Positions 48,563-60,064 of a stretch of 64,000 nt of DNA are shown here, one piece after another. Positions within the stretch are counted from its first letter, which is position 1. Every line of letters starts with the position of its first letter. The position numbers and the translations under genes are program-made. Under the pieces are notes generated by a model. The model had not been told where the DNA came from. It worked only from the letters and a program-made list of their open reading frames with translations, and searched no databases. The stretch comes from Heteronotia binoei (taxonomy: Eukaryota): NCBI RefSeq assembly GCF_032191835.1, contig NC_083237.1, forward strand, positions 21,762,001 to 21,826,000, read 5' to 3'.

Positions 48563-51500
48563 GTCCTTTTACCCCATGACTCTCAAGCTTTCTAAGGAGC
48601 CTTTGATGAGGAACTTTATCAAAAGCTTTCTGGAAGTCAAGATAAACAACATCTATCGGGTCTCCTTTGTCCACATGTTTGTTCACCCCCTCAAAGAAAT
48701 GTAACAGGTTAGTGAGGCAAGATCTTCCCATACAGAACCCATGCTGAGTCTTCCTCAATAACCCATGTTCATCAGTGTGCCTACTCATTCTGTCCTTGAT
48801 AATGCTTTCTACCAACTTTCCCGGTATTGAAGTCAGACTGACTGGCCTGTAATTTCCCGGATCTCCTCTGGAACCCTTTTTAAAGATGGGGGTGACATTT
48901 GCTACCTTCCAGTCCTCAGGAACGGAGGCAGATTTCAATGAAAGATTACAGATTTTTGTCAGGAGATCCACAAGTTCAACTTTGAGTTCTTTCAGAACTC
49001 TCGGATGTATGCCATCCGAACCCGGTGACTTATTAGTTTTTAATTCGTCCATCAGTTGTAGGACCTCCTCTTTTGTCACCTCAATCTGACTCAGGTCTTT
49101 CAACACCCCTTCCAAAATTAGTGGTTCTGGGGCGGGCAAAAAGTTCTCATCTTCCACAGTGAAGACGGAGGCAAAAAATTCATTCAGCTTCTCAGCCATT
49201 TCCCTATCCTCCTTCAGTAATCCTTTTACCCCATGGTCATCCAAGGGCCCCACTGCTTCCCTGGCTGGTTTCCTACTTCTAATATATTTGAAGAAATTTT
49301 TATTGTTGGTCTTTATGTTTTTTGCAATATGCTCCTCATAGTCCCTTTTTGCCTACATGATCACAGTCTTGCATTTGATTTGCCACAGCCTGTGTTCCCT
49401 TTTATTAATCTCACTTGGACTGGTTTTCCACCGCTTAAAGGAGTCCTTCTTACCTTTTACAGCTTCCATTACTTTGTTTGTTAACCATGCAGGCCTTTTC
49501 TTATGCCTGTTTGTGCCTTTCCTAACTTGTGGTATGTATTTTATCTGAGCTTCTAGGATTATAGTTTTAAATAGTCTCCAAGCTTCCCCAAGGGTTTTGA
49601 CCGTATTTACCTTTCCTTTCAGTTTCCTCCTCACATGCCTCCTCATCTTAGAGAATTTACCCCTTTTAAAGTTAAACGTGGTTGTGGTGGTCTTTTTGGG
49701 CAACTCCCTATTTATACAAATGGTGAAATCAATAACATTATGGTCACTGCTCCCAAGTGGCGCAATCACTTTTACATCTCTCACCAAGTCTTGGGCATTA
49801 CTTAGGACCAAATCCAGGATCGCCCCACCCCTGGTAGGTTCTGAGACCATCTGCTCCATAGCACAGTCATTGAGAGCATCAAGAAACTCAATCTCTTTCT
49901 CTCGACCAGAACACATATTGACCCAATCAATCTGCGGTAGTTAAAATCACCTATTACGACACAGTTTTTATGTTTAGCCGCTATCTTTAAGCCTTCCATC
50001 ATATTATAATCATCCTCTCTCTTTTGATTTGGTGGGCGATAACAAACTCCCATAGTTAAATTTTTTTTGGGCCCTCTATTTCAACCCAAAGCATTTCTAG
50101 AAGGGAATCTAATTCTCTGACCTCAGTCTTACTGGACTGTATATCCTCTCTGACATACAGAGCCACCCCACCTCCAACCCTTCCCTCCCTATTCTTCCGA
50201 TATAACTTATATCCAGGAATCACCGTGTCCCACTGATTCTCCTCATTCCACCAAGTTTCTGAAATTCCCACAATGTCTATGTTTTCTCCCAACACTAAAC
50301 ATTCCAATTCACCAATTTTACTTCGAACACTTCTAGCATTTGCATACAAACATCTATAATTTCTCAGGCAAGCTAGGCCCACCACCTTCCTCCTGCCGCC
50401 TCGAGACTCTGGCAGACAGTCCATACTGTTTGTCACCATCACAGTGGACAACTCTGATCCGTTACCCGGTAGAAAAATAGCAGCCAACCCTTCATCTCTT
50501 TGAGATGAGTCCTCCCGAACCAGAGACATTTCATCTCTTGTCAGCTTTTCCCCAAGATTTAGTTTAAAAACTGCTCTGCCACCTTTTTGATTTTAAGCGC
50601 CAGCAGCCTGGTTCCATCCGGGGACAAGTGGAGACCGTCTCTTTTGTACAGCTCCCGCTTGTTCCAGAAAGCATCCCAGTGCCTAACAAACTTAAACCCT
50701 TCCTCCTTACACCATCATCTCATCCACACATTGAGACTTCTAATTTGTGCCTGTCTCTCCTGCCCTACACATGGAACAGGTAGCACTTCTGAGAGGGCTA
50801 CCTTGGAGGTCCTAGCTTTAAGTCTCCCACCTAGCAGCCTAAATTTTTCCTCCAGGACCTCACGACTGCATTTCCCCACATCGTTGGTGCCAACATGCAC
50901 CATGACCACAAGCTCCTCCCCAGCACTGTCTATCAGCCTATCTACTACACGCGTAATGTCTGCTACCTTCGCACCAGGCAGGCAAGTCACCATACGGTCA
51001 GTACGCGGTTTCGCCACCCAGCTGTCTACTTGCCTAAGGATCTAATCACCAACTACCAAACACCCCCCCTCTCCCCCTGCCCAGGGATGGTTCCTTGGCG
51101 CGAAAGGATTCCCGCTCATCAACCGAAGAAGAGGTCCCTTCTGAGGGCGCATTCCCCTTATCCTCAGCACGGTGCCCTGTTCCCTCTTGACCCTCACGCT
51201 CTCTGGCAGCAACGGGGCTGCTACGTTCAGAGCGGGGCTCATCTAATACACCCCCGAGAGTCTTCTCCAAGTTCCTAACTGACCGTCTCTGCTTCTCCAG
51301 AGCAGTCACCTCGGCCTCAAGGGTACGAACTCATTCCCTGAGGACCAGGAGCTCCTTGCATCGAGCACACACCCAAGACTTCTGTCCTTTGGGCAGACAG
51401 TCGTACATGTGACACTCAGTGCAAAACATGGGAAAGCCCCCACCCCCCTGCTGGCATTCTATCTTCATGATATATATATATTTTTAAAATATACAGTCCT

Positions 51501-51890
51501 CTTTAAATGCTGTTTGTTTAAGTGGCTCCCCTTCTGGAGGGTCAACTTACCTTACTGGGAGAACAAGGAAATTAGGGATCTGGGTTCCTGGTCCTTAGAG
51601 AGCCCCTAGGCGAAGAGCCACAGGCCAAGAGCCCTTTGGCAAGGCGCAGCTTAAAATGCAAAGAGGGTTGAGCAGAGCCACTCCTAAGCAATCAGCAGCA
51701 ATCACTCTCAATCACTTTTACTTTTAGCCCACTCAGCCAAACAAACAGCAGTTCCCCACTATCACAACTCAGAATTTTAAGCAGTCCCACAAACCTCAGA
51801 ATGAAGTCTTTCAAAACTCAGAAATTCTCAGCAACTTCTCCAGCTGTCTCTGCTTTCAGAGCTGCTCTGCTCTGTTCTGCTCTCTCTCAG
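48563..51890 (-). mobile_element. CR1 LINE: 5'UTR, ORF1 (Zn finger/coiled coil/SGNH esterase), ORF2 endonuclease and first part of RT; 3' half missing
   Basis: CTECHMY..CARCKEL, MVTCLPGAKV..VHVGTND, YANARS..ISETWW, KSPGSDGIHPRVLKEL, NYRPVSLTS, YLDFQKAFDKVPH. Several frameshifts and stops; homology ends at ESHGVKG. Confidence 0.92.
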
Positions 51891-51899
51891 ACCTCTGTG

Positions 51900-51959
51900 T
51901 AGGGTTGCCAAGTCCAATTCAAGAAATATCTGGGGACTTTGGGGATGGAGCCAGGAGAC
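51900..51959 (+). mobile_element. 5' fragment of a hAT MITE fused to a FIIND exon
   Basis: TAGGGTTGCCAAGTCCAATTCAAGAAATATCTGGGGACTTTGGGGATGGAGCCAGGAGAC, same family as the copies at 40662 and 63045. Confidence 0.85.
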
Positions 51960-53568
51960 AAGTTCTTCAGTGTGCATGCCGTGGTGATACTTTATCAGAT
52001 TTTGAAGAATATCACAACACTTAACCTCTACTTGGTTCCCAATGACTCTTCCCTGATACAGGTGAGAACCAACAAGATGGGATGCATGCCTCCCCCTGTT
52101 CAGTGCTGGTAGGTAGAATGCAGGGCTCAGGCAGGTGTCTATTAATGGATGACAATCTTGCTGAGTATTATAAATAAAACAGAATCCATTCAAAAAGTAC
52201 ATGGAAGTAAAACTGCTTCTTGGTGCTGGAACTACAATGATGGTCTCAGAAGAAAGGCTGCCAAAAGAGCTCCTGCATGCTCTTTCCACACCTTCTGGGG
52301 CTCACTTTGCAATTCATCCGGAACTAATCATTAGAACTGAGACTGCAGCACACCTGCCTGGGATCACAGAAATGATTCATTCCACAGTCTTAAGAGCCTT
52401 CTACACATTTAAAGGGAGGGAGGGTGCTCCAACTCTGTTGGGAAGAGCTAGAAAGCTCTGGTAGCTGATCTCTCTAGCTGGCCTACACAAGAACATTTCC
52501 CATGTGTGTCTGCACAGAAGAGCATTCAATGACCAACAGTTAAGTGCGACCAGGTTTTCCCTCTAAATAGGCAATCCAGGATGCCGAAGAGAAGTTCCAC
52601 TCAGTGCTGGTGCGAAAGCCCCCTCAAACAATAATGCCCTTGCGCTACGGTTCTCGCTATACCGTATCCAGTTCAGTAGACCTCAAGATAATCCCAAAGG
52701 TAGGTGCATCGTCTTCAAAAATACTTGGGCACCATTGCAATGAAATATGTTTGCAACTCTCCTATTTTGATTGTTCTAATGGTATTCCATGACTTACACA
52801 GAATTGAGAGAGAAGCTGGGGGCTTGGGGGAAGTGAGACTGCTGGTTGACTCTTAATTAATAACATGACATTTTGGGGCATTTATTTTGTGCTCACACAG
52901 TTTAAATGAAGGTATAGTGTCCAGCATTATGAAAATCTCAGTTCAGGGGTTTTTTGTTTTTGTTTTTTTAAATCAAAGGCAGATTTTCAGGCTCAAAGCT
53001 CCGATGTTAGCCTTGAAAGTTGTTGACAGTCTCCAGTGAAATTTCTGGGAGATTCTCAAAAGCAGTTCAAGTGACCTGCTCAGTGGCATGACAAGGGGAC
53101 CAGTCTTTGTTTTGGAAAGCTGCTACGCTTTTAAAGATTATCATTAAGATGTAACTTATCTAAATAAAATACACAAGTTGTGGAGGGACATCAGCCAAAA
53201 TAAAAAGTAGTCCCTACTCCGGGGAGGATAATCCAGATTCCAGTGGTAGGGGAGGGAGGGAGGGGAGAAGCAGGGATAACAAGGGATGGGTGTGAATTTA
53301 TGCAGTTCTATCCTGTTAGCCCCCAAACTCCCCAAGTACTAAGAGTAACTTCTTGATGAACAGTTGGCTGAATTGTTCTTTTATGCTCTTTGTTTCTCCC
53401 TAACTTGATGTCCTCCAATTCTGTATCAGGAACTGCACTTTACTTACAAGAACCCTCGGCAGCAGCAATCCTATGTGCAATTCAGTATCAGAAGCACTGA
53501 GATAGTGGATATAAGTCTGAAAAATAAGGAAGATCTTTGCTCTGTCTGGGACACTTCACTCGAACCAG
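51945..53568 (+). CDS. NLRP1/CARD8-like FIIND UPA subdomain; exons 51945-52061, 52571-52699, 53430-53568
   Basis: The spliced translation MEPGDKFFSVHAVVILYQILKNITTLNLYLVPNDSSLIQ|AIQDAEEKFHSVLVRKPPQTIMPLRYGSRYTVSSSVDLKIIPK|ELHFTYKNP...VWDTSLEP(G) is colinear with the recalled human NLRP1 UPA (FIPVTSVVLLY..HLYLIPSD..AIDDLEMKF..KPP..RYTVS..ILPKELELCY..VWEALVKPG). Splice sites are canonical, phases 0/0/1, no stops. Confidence 0.82.
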
Positions 53569-54442
53569 GTACATCTTGCTGGATTGTGGATTTTTATGGG
53601 GAGGTTAAGACACCCTTGCAGAAAAGTTCACAGATATTACTGTTTCACAAGCATATTGATATAGAGATGTGAGAGATTTGTTGAACTGAATCTCTTGAGT
53701 AGAAGAGTGTGTTGGAAGAGCTCCACTGAACTGTGAGTACTGAACTGTCTTGCTCTCCCAGCTTCCCCAACCTTTGGAGGGTTTATCTTTTCCTTTTTTG
53801 GTAATCCACTGACAGCCCCTGACCTTTGCAGGAATTCCCATTGAGAAGACTGAGGTTCCCAACTTCCCTGTGTTGCTGTTTGAAGGCCTTGCCTAGCGAG
53901 TGCATCTCCTGCAATCCAGCATCTGGTTACTGCAGGGACACCTTACTGCACTTGTGCTCCACTGGGGGATTAGCACCTCGCCATGTGACTGCCTCCTCCT
54001 CTCCTGGTGCCCATTCAAATAATAATGTGTTCAAGTGGTGGAGGTCTGTGTAGCACAGAGGCAGTTACTCACATTAAAAGCTTTAAAATAGTTATTAGAA
54101 AGAAAATGTCCATGTACAGATTCTTAGCACAACAACAGGCTGAGCAATGATACAGAAAAAATATGTAAAACCTGCCATTTCTCTGTCACTCTCTACATGC
54201 TGACCTTATTCTAAGGCAGGCTGCTTAATTTAGAAAGTTAACCATTAAAGCTTCCCATTCCCGTGCGGGTTTTGTTCAGGTCTGCAACCCTCCTGCACTT
54301 TTTTTTTCATTCCACGGCACAATAAAAAAAAAATCCAACTTGAGGCGCACTGGCCAAAAAAATTGGGAATAACCAGCCTTGCAGATGCCCAGTTCGATGT
54401 GTTTGCCGTATGAAAAATACCTGCAAGCAACATACACCTTCC

Positions 54443-57400
54443 TTTTTCTTTTTCTTTTTTTTACTTTCAAACAAATCCTTTATTAACAATTCCATATACA
54501 ATAAAGCAATAACAAACAAACAAACTATACATAGATCATACATACCATACTCAAACCACCACCCACCCTTCCACCCAAGGAGCTTAAGGGGCTTTACCAT
54601 AGCACAAATCTGGTTTTCTCATAATAAATCCCATGCTTTTTATCCATATATATAAATAGTCCTAGGTCTTCCTACAATCTTGTAGATTACCTCCTCTTCG
54701 TCTTACAGTTAATGTGTCCATCTCAGCTGCCTCCAATAATTTCTGTATAAATTCGTCTCTATCCGGTAATTTAGAGACCTTCCAATATTTCGCATAGAGA
54801 ATTCTCGCAACAGTTATTATATGCAATAATATTTTTTTTTCTTGTCTGGATACACTTCCTTTACATACATTTAGCAAGTATAGTTCGGGAGTATGTTGAA
54901 GCCTTATTTTTAATATTTTTTGTGTCCAAAGGTTAATTTGGGCCCAATATTTTTTGGCATATTCACGTTGCCACCAAATATGGTAGAGGGACCCCTTTAC
55001 TTTCCTACATTTTCAACATTTGTTGGAGTACTTAGGGTAGATTTTACTCAGCCTTTCCAGGGTTAAATACCATCGATACATCATCTTGTAAATATTTTCT
55101 TTGAACACTGCTGATTTAGTGAATTTTAAATTTTGATTCCAAATTTTTTCCCATTCCTCCATCTCAACACTATACCCAAAATCCTTCAACCATTTTACCC
55201 AGCTTTCTTTAACTTCACTCTGCATTTTAATTTGTAGGAGCCAATTATAGATTTTCGAAATTAGTTTCTGATTATCGCAAATTATCATATCGAATTCATT
55301 TGGTTTTTTAACAAATCTTACTTCCTTGTCTAGTTGGAACTTAGATTTAACTTGGTTCTTCAGCCACCAATCCAATTTCACATTATCCTCCAGTTTTAAG
55401 TTGTTTTCTTTGTCTAATAAAACTCTATAATTGTAATTGTTTTCCCAACAGTATAAATTGGGTTGGCAAGAGGCTTCTACTGGGGATAGCCAGAGAGGTA
55501 TATTAGGATAGATCATATTTTTAACTTCATTCCAAACTTTGTACAGCGATTTTCTTACTTCATGTCTAAAAAAAATATTATTCCTTGTAGGGGGCAAATA
55601 CCACAAATAGGAATGCCAGCCTCTAACTAGACCTATACCTTCCAATACCAATAACCTTTTATTTTCCAGTGCAAACCAATCTGTTAGCCATACTAAACAA
55701 CATGCCTTATAGTCAGGCAAGGCGAGCCCTCCTCTAGATTTACTGTCTTGTAGTACCTTCAATTTGATTCTGGGTTTTTTGTTTTGCCATATAAATATGG
55801 TTGTCAAGTTATTCAACTGATGAAAGAATGTTTGGGATAGTATGATTGGTATCGTCTGAAATAAGTACAAGATTCTTGGTAGAATATTCATCTTGATGGA
55901 TGCGATTCTTCCCAATAAGGAAATTTGTAAGTCTCTCCATTTATTTAAGTCTAATTGAATTTCTGTTAAGATCTTGTCATAACTATCTTTTTGTAATGTT
56001 TTTAAATCATTTGAGAAGTAAATGCCTAAATATTTGATCTTCTTTTCGTGGCTGAACCCAGATTTCGTTTCTAATTGAGCAATTTCCTCCTTAGTCATAT
56101 TTTGGGTCAGGAATTTAGTTTTCTGGAGATTAACTTTAAAGCCAGATATTCCTCCGTATTCTTCCAGTCTTTCCATCAGATATTCTATCGAAGAAATGGG
56201 GTCTTCTAATATTAATAGCAGGTCGTCAGCATAGGCTCGGACTTTATATTTCCCCCCCTTAATCTTGGTACCTTTAATTCCGTCATCGTCCCTTATTTTT
56301 GTTATTAAGAGTTCTAATGTTAAGATGAAGAGCAAGGGAGATAATGGACAGCCTTGTCTGGTCCCCCGTTCAATTCTTATCGCTTCAGTAAAGTGCCCAT
56401 TAATATTTATCTTTGCACTTTGTTTGGTATAAATGGCTCTCACTAATTTAATAAAAGTCGGCCCACATCCAATAGCCTCCAGTGTTTTAAAAATAAGATT
56501 CCAATTGACGTTATCGAACGCCTTTTAAGCATCGAGGGCAATACCTGCAAACTGCTTCTCAGGGTGTATCCGATAATACTCTAGAATATTCATAAAGAAT
56601 CTTATATTCTGCCTTATAGCTCTCCCGGGAACAAACACCATTTGGTCTTCATCAATGACTGTGGATATAGCCTTTTTAAGTCTGTTAGACAAGATTGCCG
56701 CAAATATCTTATAATCTGCATTTAAAAGCGAGATTGGCCTGTAGTTGCAAATTTCTGTAGGGTCTGTCTCTTTCTTGTGAATCAGCGATATCGAAGCCTC
56801 ACTCCAAGATGGGGGGAACTTAGCTGTTTCTTGTATTTCCTCTATTACGCATTTATAGGGGATCAACAATATCTCTTCAAACGTTTTAAAGAACTCGATA
56901 GGTAGTCCATCAGGACCTGGAGATTTGTTGCTTTTCTGTTTTTTCAGTGCCTCTGTTATTTCATGCATGGTGATGGCACTCTCTAATCCGTCCCACTGCT
57001 CTTTTGTTATTTGCTTGATCCCAACATTCTTGATATACTCCTCCTAGGTTGTTGTGCAATCTCTTGTTTCTTATAGAGATTCTGATAGTAATTTTGTACA
57101 ATTATATTCATTTGAGATTTTTCTGAGATTTCTTCTTTTTTTTTCATTCTTAAGTGATCTTATAGCTTTTCTCCCTTTCTTTTCTTAGTTTATAAGCTAG
57201 CCACCTACTGGTCTTGTTAGCGCTTTCAAAATAATTTTGTTTGGTCCACTTCAGCTTCTTCTCTAATTCTTCAACCAATAATAGATTTATTTCATGCTGT
57301 AGTGCGTAAATCTTGGCTGTTACTTCTTTGGAGTTTTTATCTTTTTGTTGTTTTTTCAATTTCTTTAATTCCGTTATTAAGTCATTATATGCTTTCATTC

Positions 57401-58600
57401 ATTCTTTTTTCCTTTTTGTAGTGTAGCTAATTGCAATCCCTCTAAAAAAAGCCTTGAAGGCATCCCAAATTACTTGCATCGGGGTGTCCTTTTTCAGATT
57501 GCATTCAAAAAACATCTCTATATCTTTCTTTGCCTTCTCGATAAACGCTTCTTTTAAAATTTGCAAATTTAGCGTCCAACGTGTTTTGCGTAGGATATCT
57601 TTCAAAATAATCTGGATTGGGTTATGATCAGCGTATGTTTTAGGATTGATATCTGTTTGGATAACCGACCACCCTAGGGAGGCCGACATCCAGCACATGT
57701 CTAACCGGGACCAACATTTGTGTACATGTGAAAAGTATGTAAAATCCCTTGTTTGTGGGTTTTTCATCCTCCAGGCGTCAACTAAATTAAACTCATCTGC
57801 CATTTTAAAAAATGTCTTTGGCAGTTGGCTCCGGATCTTTTTTGCCTTGGCTTTCTCGTATTTTTTTTCTTTCCCTATATCAAATACAGCGTTGTAGTCA
57901 CCCACAATACAGAAATTCTCCAAACTATAATTCAGCAACTTTTCATGTAGTCTGGCATAAAATTGCTCTTGGTTGTTATTTGGTGCATATATGTTGCCCA
58001 AAATTATTTTATTTCCGTTTATCTCAATTTCTATTACTAAGGTTCTACCTATCTCATCCTTATATAGCAATTTAGATTTTATGTGTTCCTTAACGTAAAA
58101 AGCAACGCCTCTTTTTTTCTTCAAATCACATGAGTAGTAGAGCTATCCTAACTTTTTGTTTTGTAGATATTTTGTATCTCCTTCTTTTATGTGGGTCTCT
58201 TGTAAACAAATTATTTGGGCCCCAGTCTTCTGAAGTTGCAAAAATGTCTTTTTCCTCTTTTTTTGGTTCATTTAGTCCGTTTGTATTAACAGAAAAAATC
58301 TGTAATCCCGCTTTGGTCATCATCTTGTTGTTAAGTTACTATCCAGTATCTTTCTTTGTCCTTTTTGTACTTGTGATCTTGTCTTAATTCTTTCTCTTTT
58401 CTTTTCCTGTAAATCTTTTTTTCCCGGGCTGTTATAATAGGGTTCTTCTCCTTGATCTTCTCCAGAATCGGGTTCTTGACTGTGCATTTCTACATACTTT
58501 TGCCAGAATTCTTCCAACTTTTCTATTGATGTTATATTATGCCTCCTAGTCTGGTAAATGAAGAAGATTCCTTGGACTGTGCAACTGAATAACAACAAAG
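54443..58600 (-). mobile_element. Decayed L1 LINE: ORF1 C-terminus, ORF2 (APE, RT, CCHC), 3'UTR and A-tail
   Basis: SVNTNGLN, GNIYAPN, SRLD, KSPGPDG, NYRPISLLN, GTRQGCPLSPLLF, AYADDL, IKYLG. AATAAA at 54479-54484 (minus) and A-tail at 54443-54462. Multiple frameshifts; 5' boundary approximate. Confidence 0.92.
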
Positions 58601-58764
58601 CTTAAAGAAACCCCTCCCTCTCAGTGTGAACACAAATATCACTCTCTCTGAGGGAGCAGTGTCCCCTTCTCTCAGCTCCTTCTTTGCAGCCTCTTGGATA
58701 GGAAGCTCCTAGGTGATGGTGGTTGTTCAGTTTTTTTAATATCTCCACGGGTTCCACTTCTTAG

Positions 58765-58806
58765 GGAATTTTTCCTCCGGCTCTGCTATGGCCCATGTTT
58801 TCTGTA
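58765..58806 (+). CDS. Candidate 42-nt phase 1-1 linker exon of the UPA gene
   Basis: CTTCTTAG acceptor and A|GTAAGA donor; open (GNFSSGSAMAHVFC). It lies 313 nt before the CARD exon, similar to ASC intron 2 (344 nt). Confidence 0.4.
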
Positions 58807-59119
58807 GTAAGAAATGAAAAGAAGGTACATGGGCTTTTAAAGCAACAAATTATGCGAATATCAATAAACCTGCAAAAGCCTTGCTTTTGGGAAACTCTGG
58901 TTTACACAATTTGTTTTGCTTAGATACAACTTTAACTGTCATGACTTCCTTTAATAAATCCTCGGAATTGGTAGGGTGTTCAGTTGGTAAAAAAAAAAAT
59001 CTGTTGGAAATCTCTAGACTCCTCTCAGTTTCTGTGCTCGATCAAGACATGACTGGAAAAGCCATTTAAGCCAACTGTGATGTGGCGTGTCCCTTAGACC
59101 CCAGTTGTTTCTCTGACAG

Positions 59120-59250
59120 GGACTCAGGCGTCCCTCTCACTGGAGCCTCATTTCATTTAGCAGCACCTGGTGCAGCTGATCCTGAGGACAGCCACAGTGG
59201 ATGGAATTTTGGCTCTGCTGTATGGAGTTGTTCCAGATGAAAAGCAATAT
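59120..59250 (+). pseudogene. Disabled, truncated CARD exon similar to ASC exon 3
   Basis: Acceptor tttctctgacag|GG is identical to that of PYCARD exon 3. (G)TQASLSLEPHFI*QHLVQLILRTATVDGILALLYGVVPDEKQY is ungapped against ASC at 21/44 identical positions; TAG at 59158-59160. Confidence 0.82.
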
Positions 59251-59911
59251 CTCTTTGTTGCACTTCTGAATCACTGTGGTGTGCTGTTTAAAATGTCCGT
59301 ATCGCTTTCTACAATGCCACTCACCCACCCTTCATTGTGCAATCTTCCTTGGACTTTAAAAAAAATGTTCTTCTAAGGTGAGCGCTATAGCACAAAACTG
59401 TCATAGCACTTCAGTGCTCACCTCAAGAGTCTTTTTTAAAATCCAAGGAATATTATGTGGTGGAAAAGGACAGGGGGGAAATGGCACTGTTTGAAATGAC
59501 CATTGCTCTTCAGAGATGGCTCACTGATGGAAAGGAATTTGCTGGATGAAACCCTCATCCCAGTATCGCTTTACTCAAAACCAGGTCAATTACATCTGGT
59601 TTAGAATGCTAATGCATAAAGGGCCAAAGTGGAATACAGCGCAATAAAATATCTAATTTGATCCATATTACCAGCCACAATGTTAGAGAGCTAGTGGGTG
59701 GTGGTGCTCTGCTGCTTGTATTTTCCAAAGCTGTTTCTGGAGCACCTAAAATAAACTGCAAGATGACCCCCTCACTGCTCCTCAGAATCCCAAACAGCAA
59801 GCAGAAGACCTCAACCACAGGGTGGGAGTAAATGAACTGGGACTTCATCCAGAATGACCCCTCATCTATGGCTCTGCCCATCACATTTTCAACCACCTGC
59901 TTCTCTCCTAG

Positions 59912-60007
59912 GGGACCTGGACCAGAACTTTGAAGCGCTTTCTGTAGGAAATCTGAGTGACAGTAATTCTCAAGCTGAAGGGACTCCTGTATCTTCTGAT
60001 GCAGAAG
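59912..60007 (+). CDS. Candidate symmetric exon (GDLDQNFEALSVGNLSDSNSQAEGTPVSSDAEG), gene unassigned
   Basis: ttctctcctag acceptor and AAG|GTAATC donor; 96 nt, phase 1-1, open. Confidence 0.45.
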
Positions 60008-60064
60008 GTAATCAAATAGTGAACATAACTCCAGAAAGAAAAAGGCAGTATGCTCATCAACCAC

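Noticed and set aside
47850-48563. ZU5 exons, SF|SP cleavage site or a PYD exon of the + strand gene
   Set aside because: Read in all + frames and found only SINE, MITE and unique non-coding sequence.
48552-58400. Active retrotransposons
   Set aside because: Both the CR1 and the L1 have multiple frameshifts and stops; the L1 zinc knuckle is disrupted and the CR1 lacks its 3' end.
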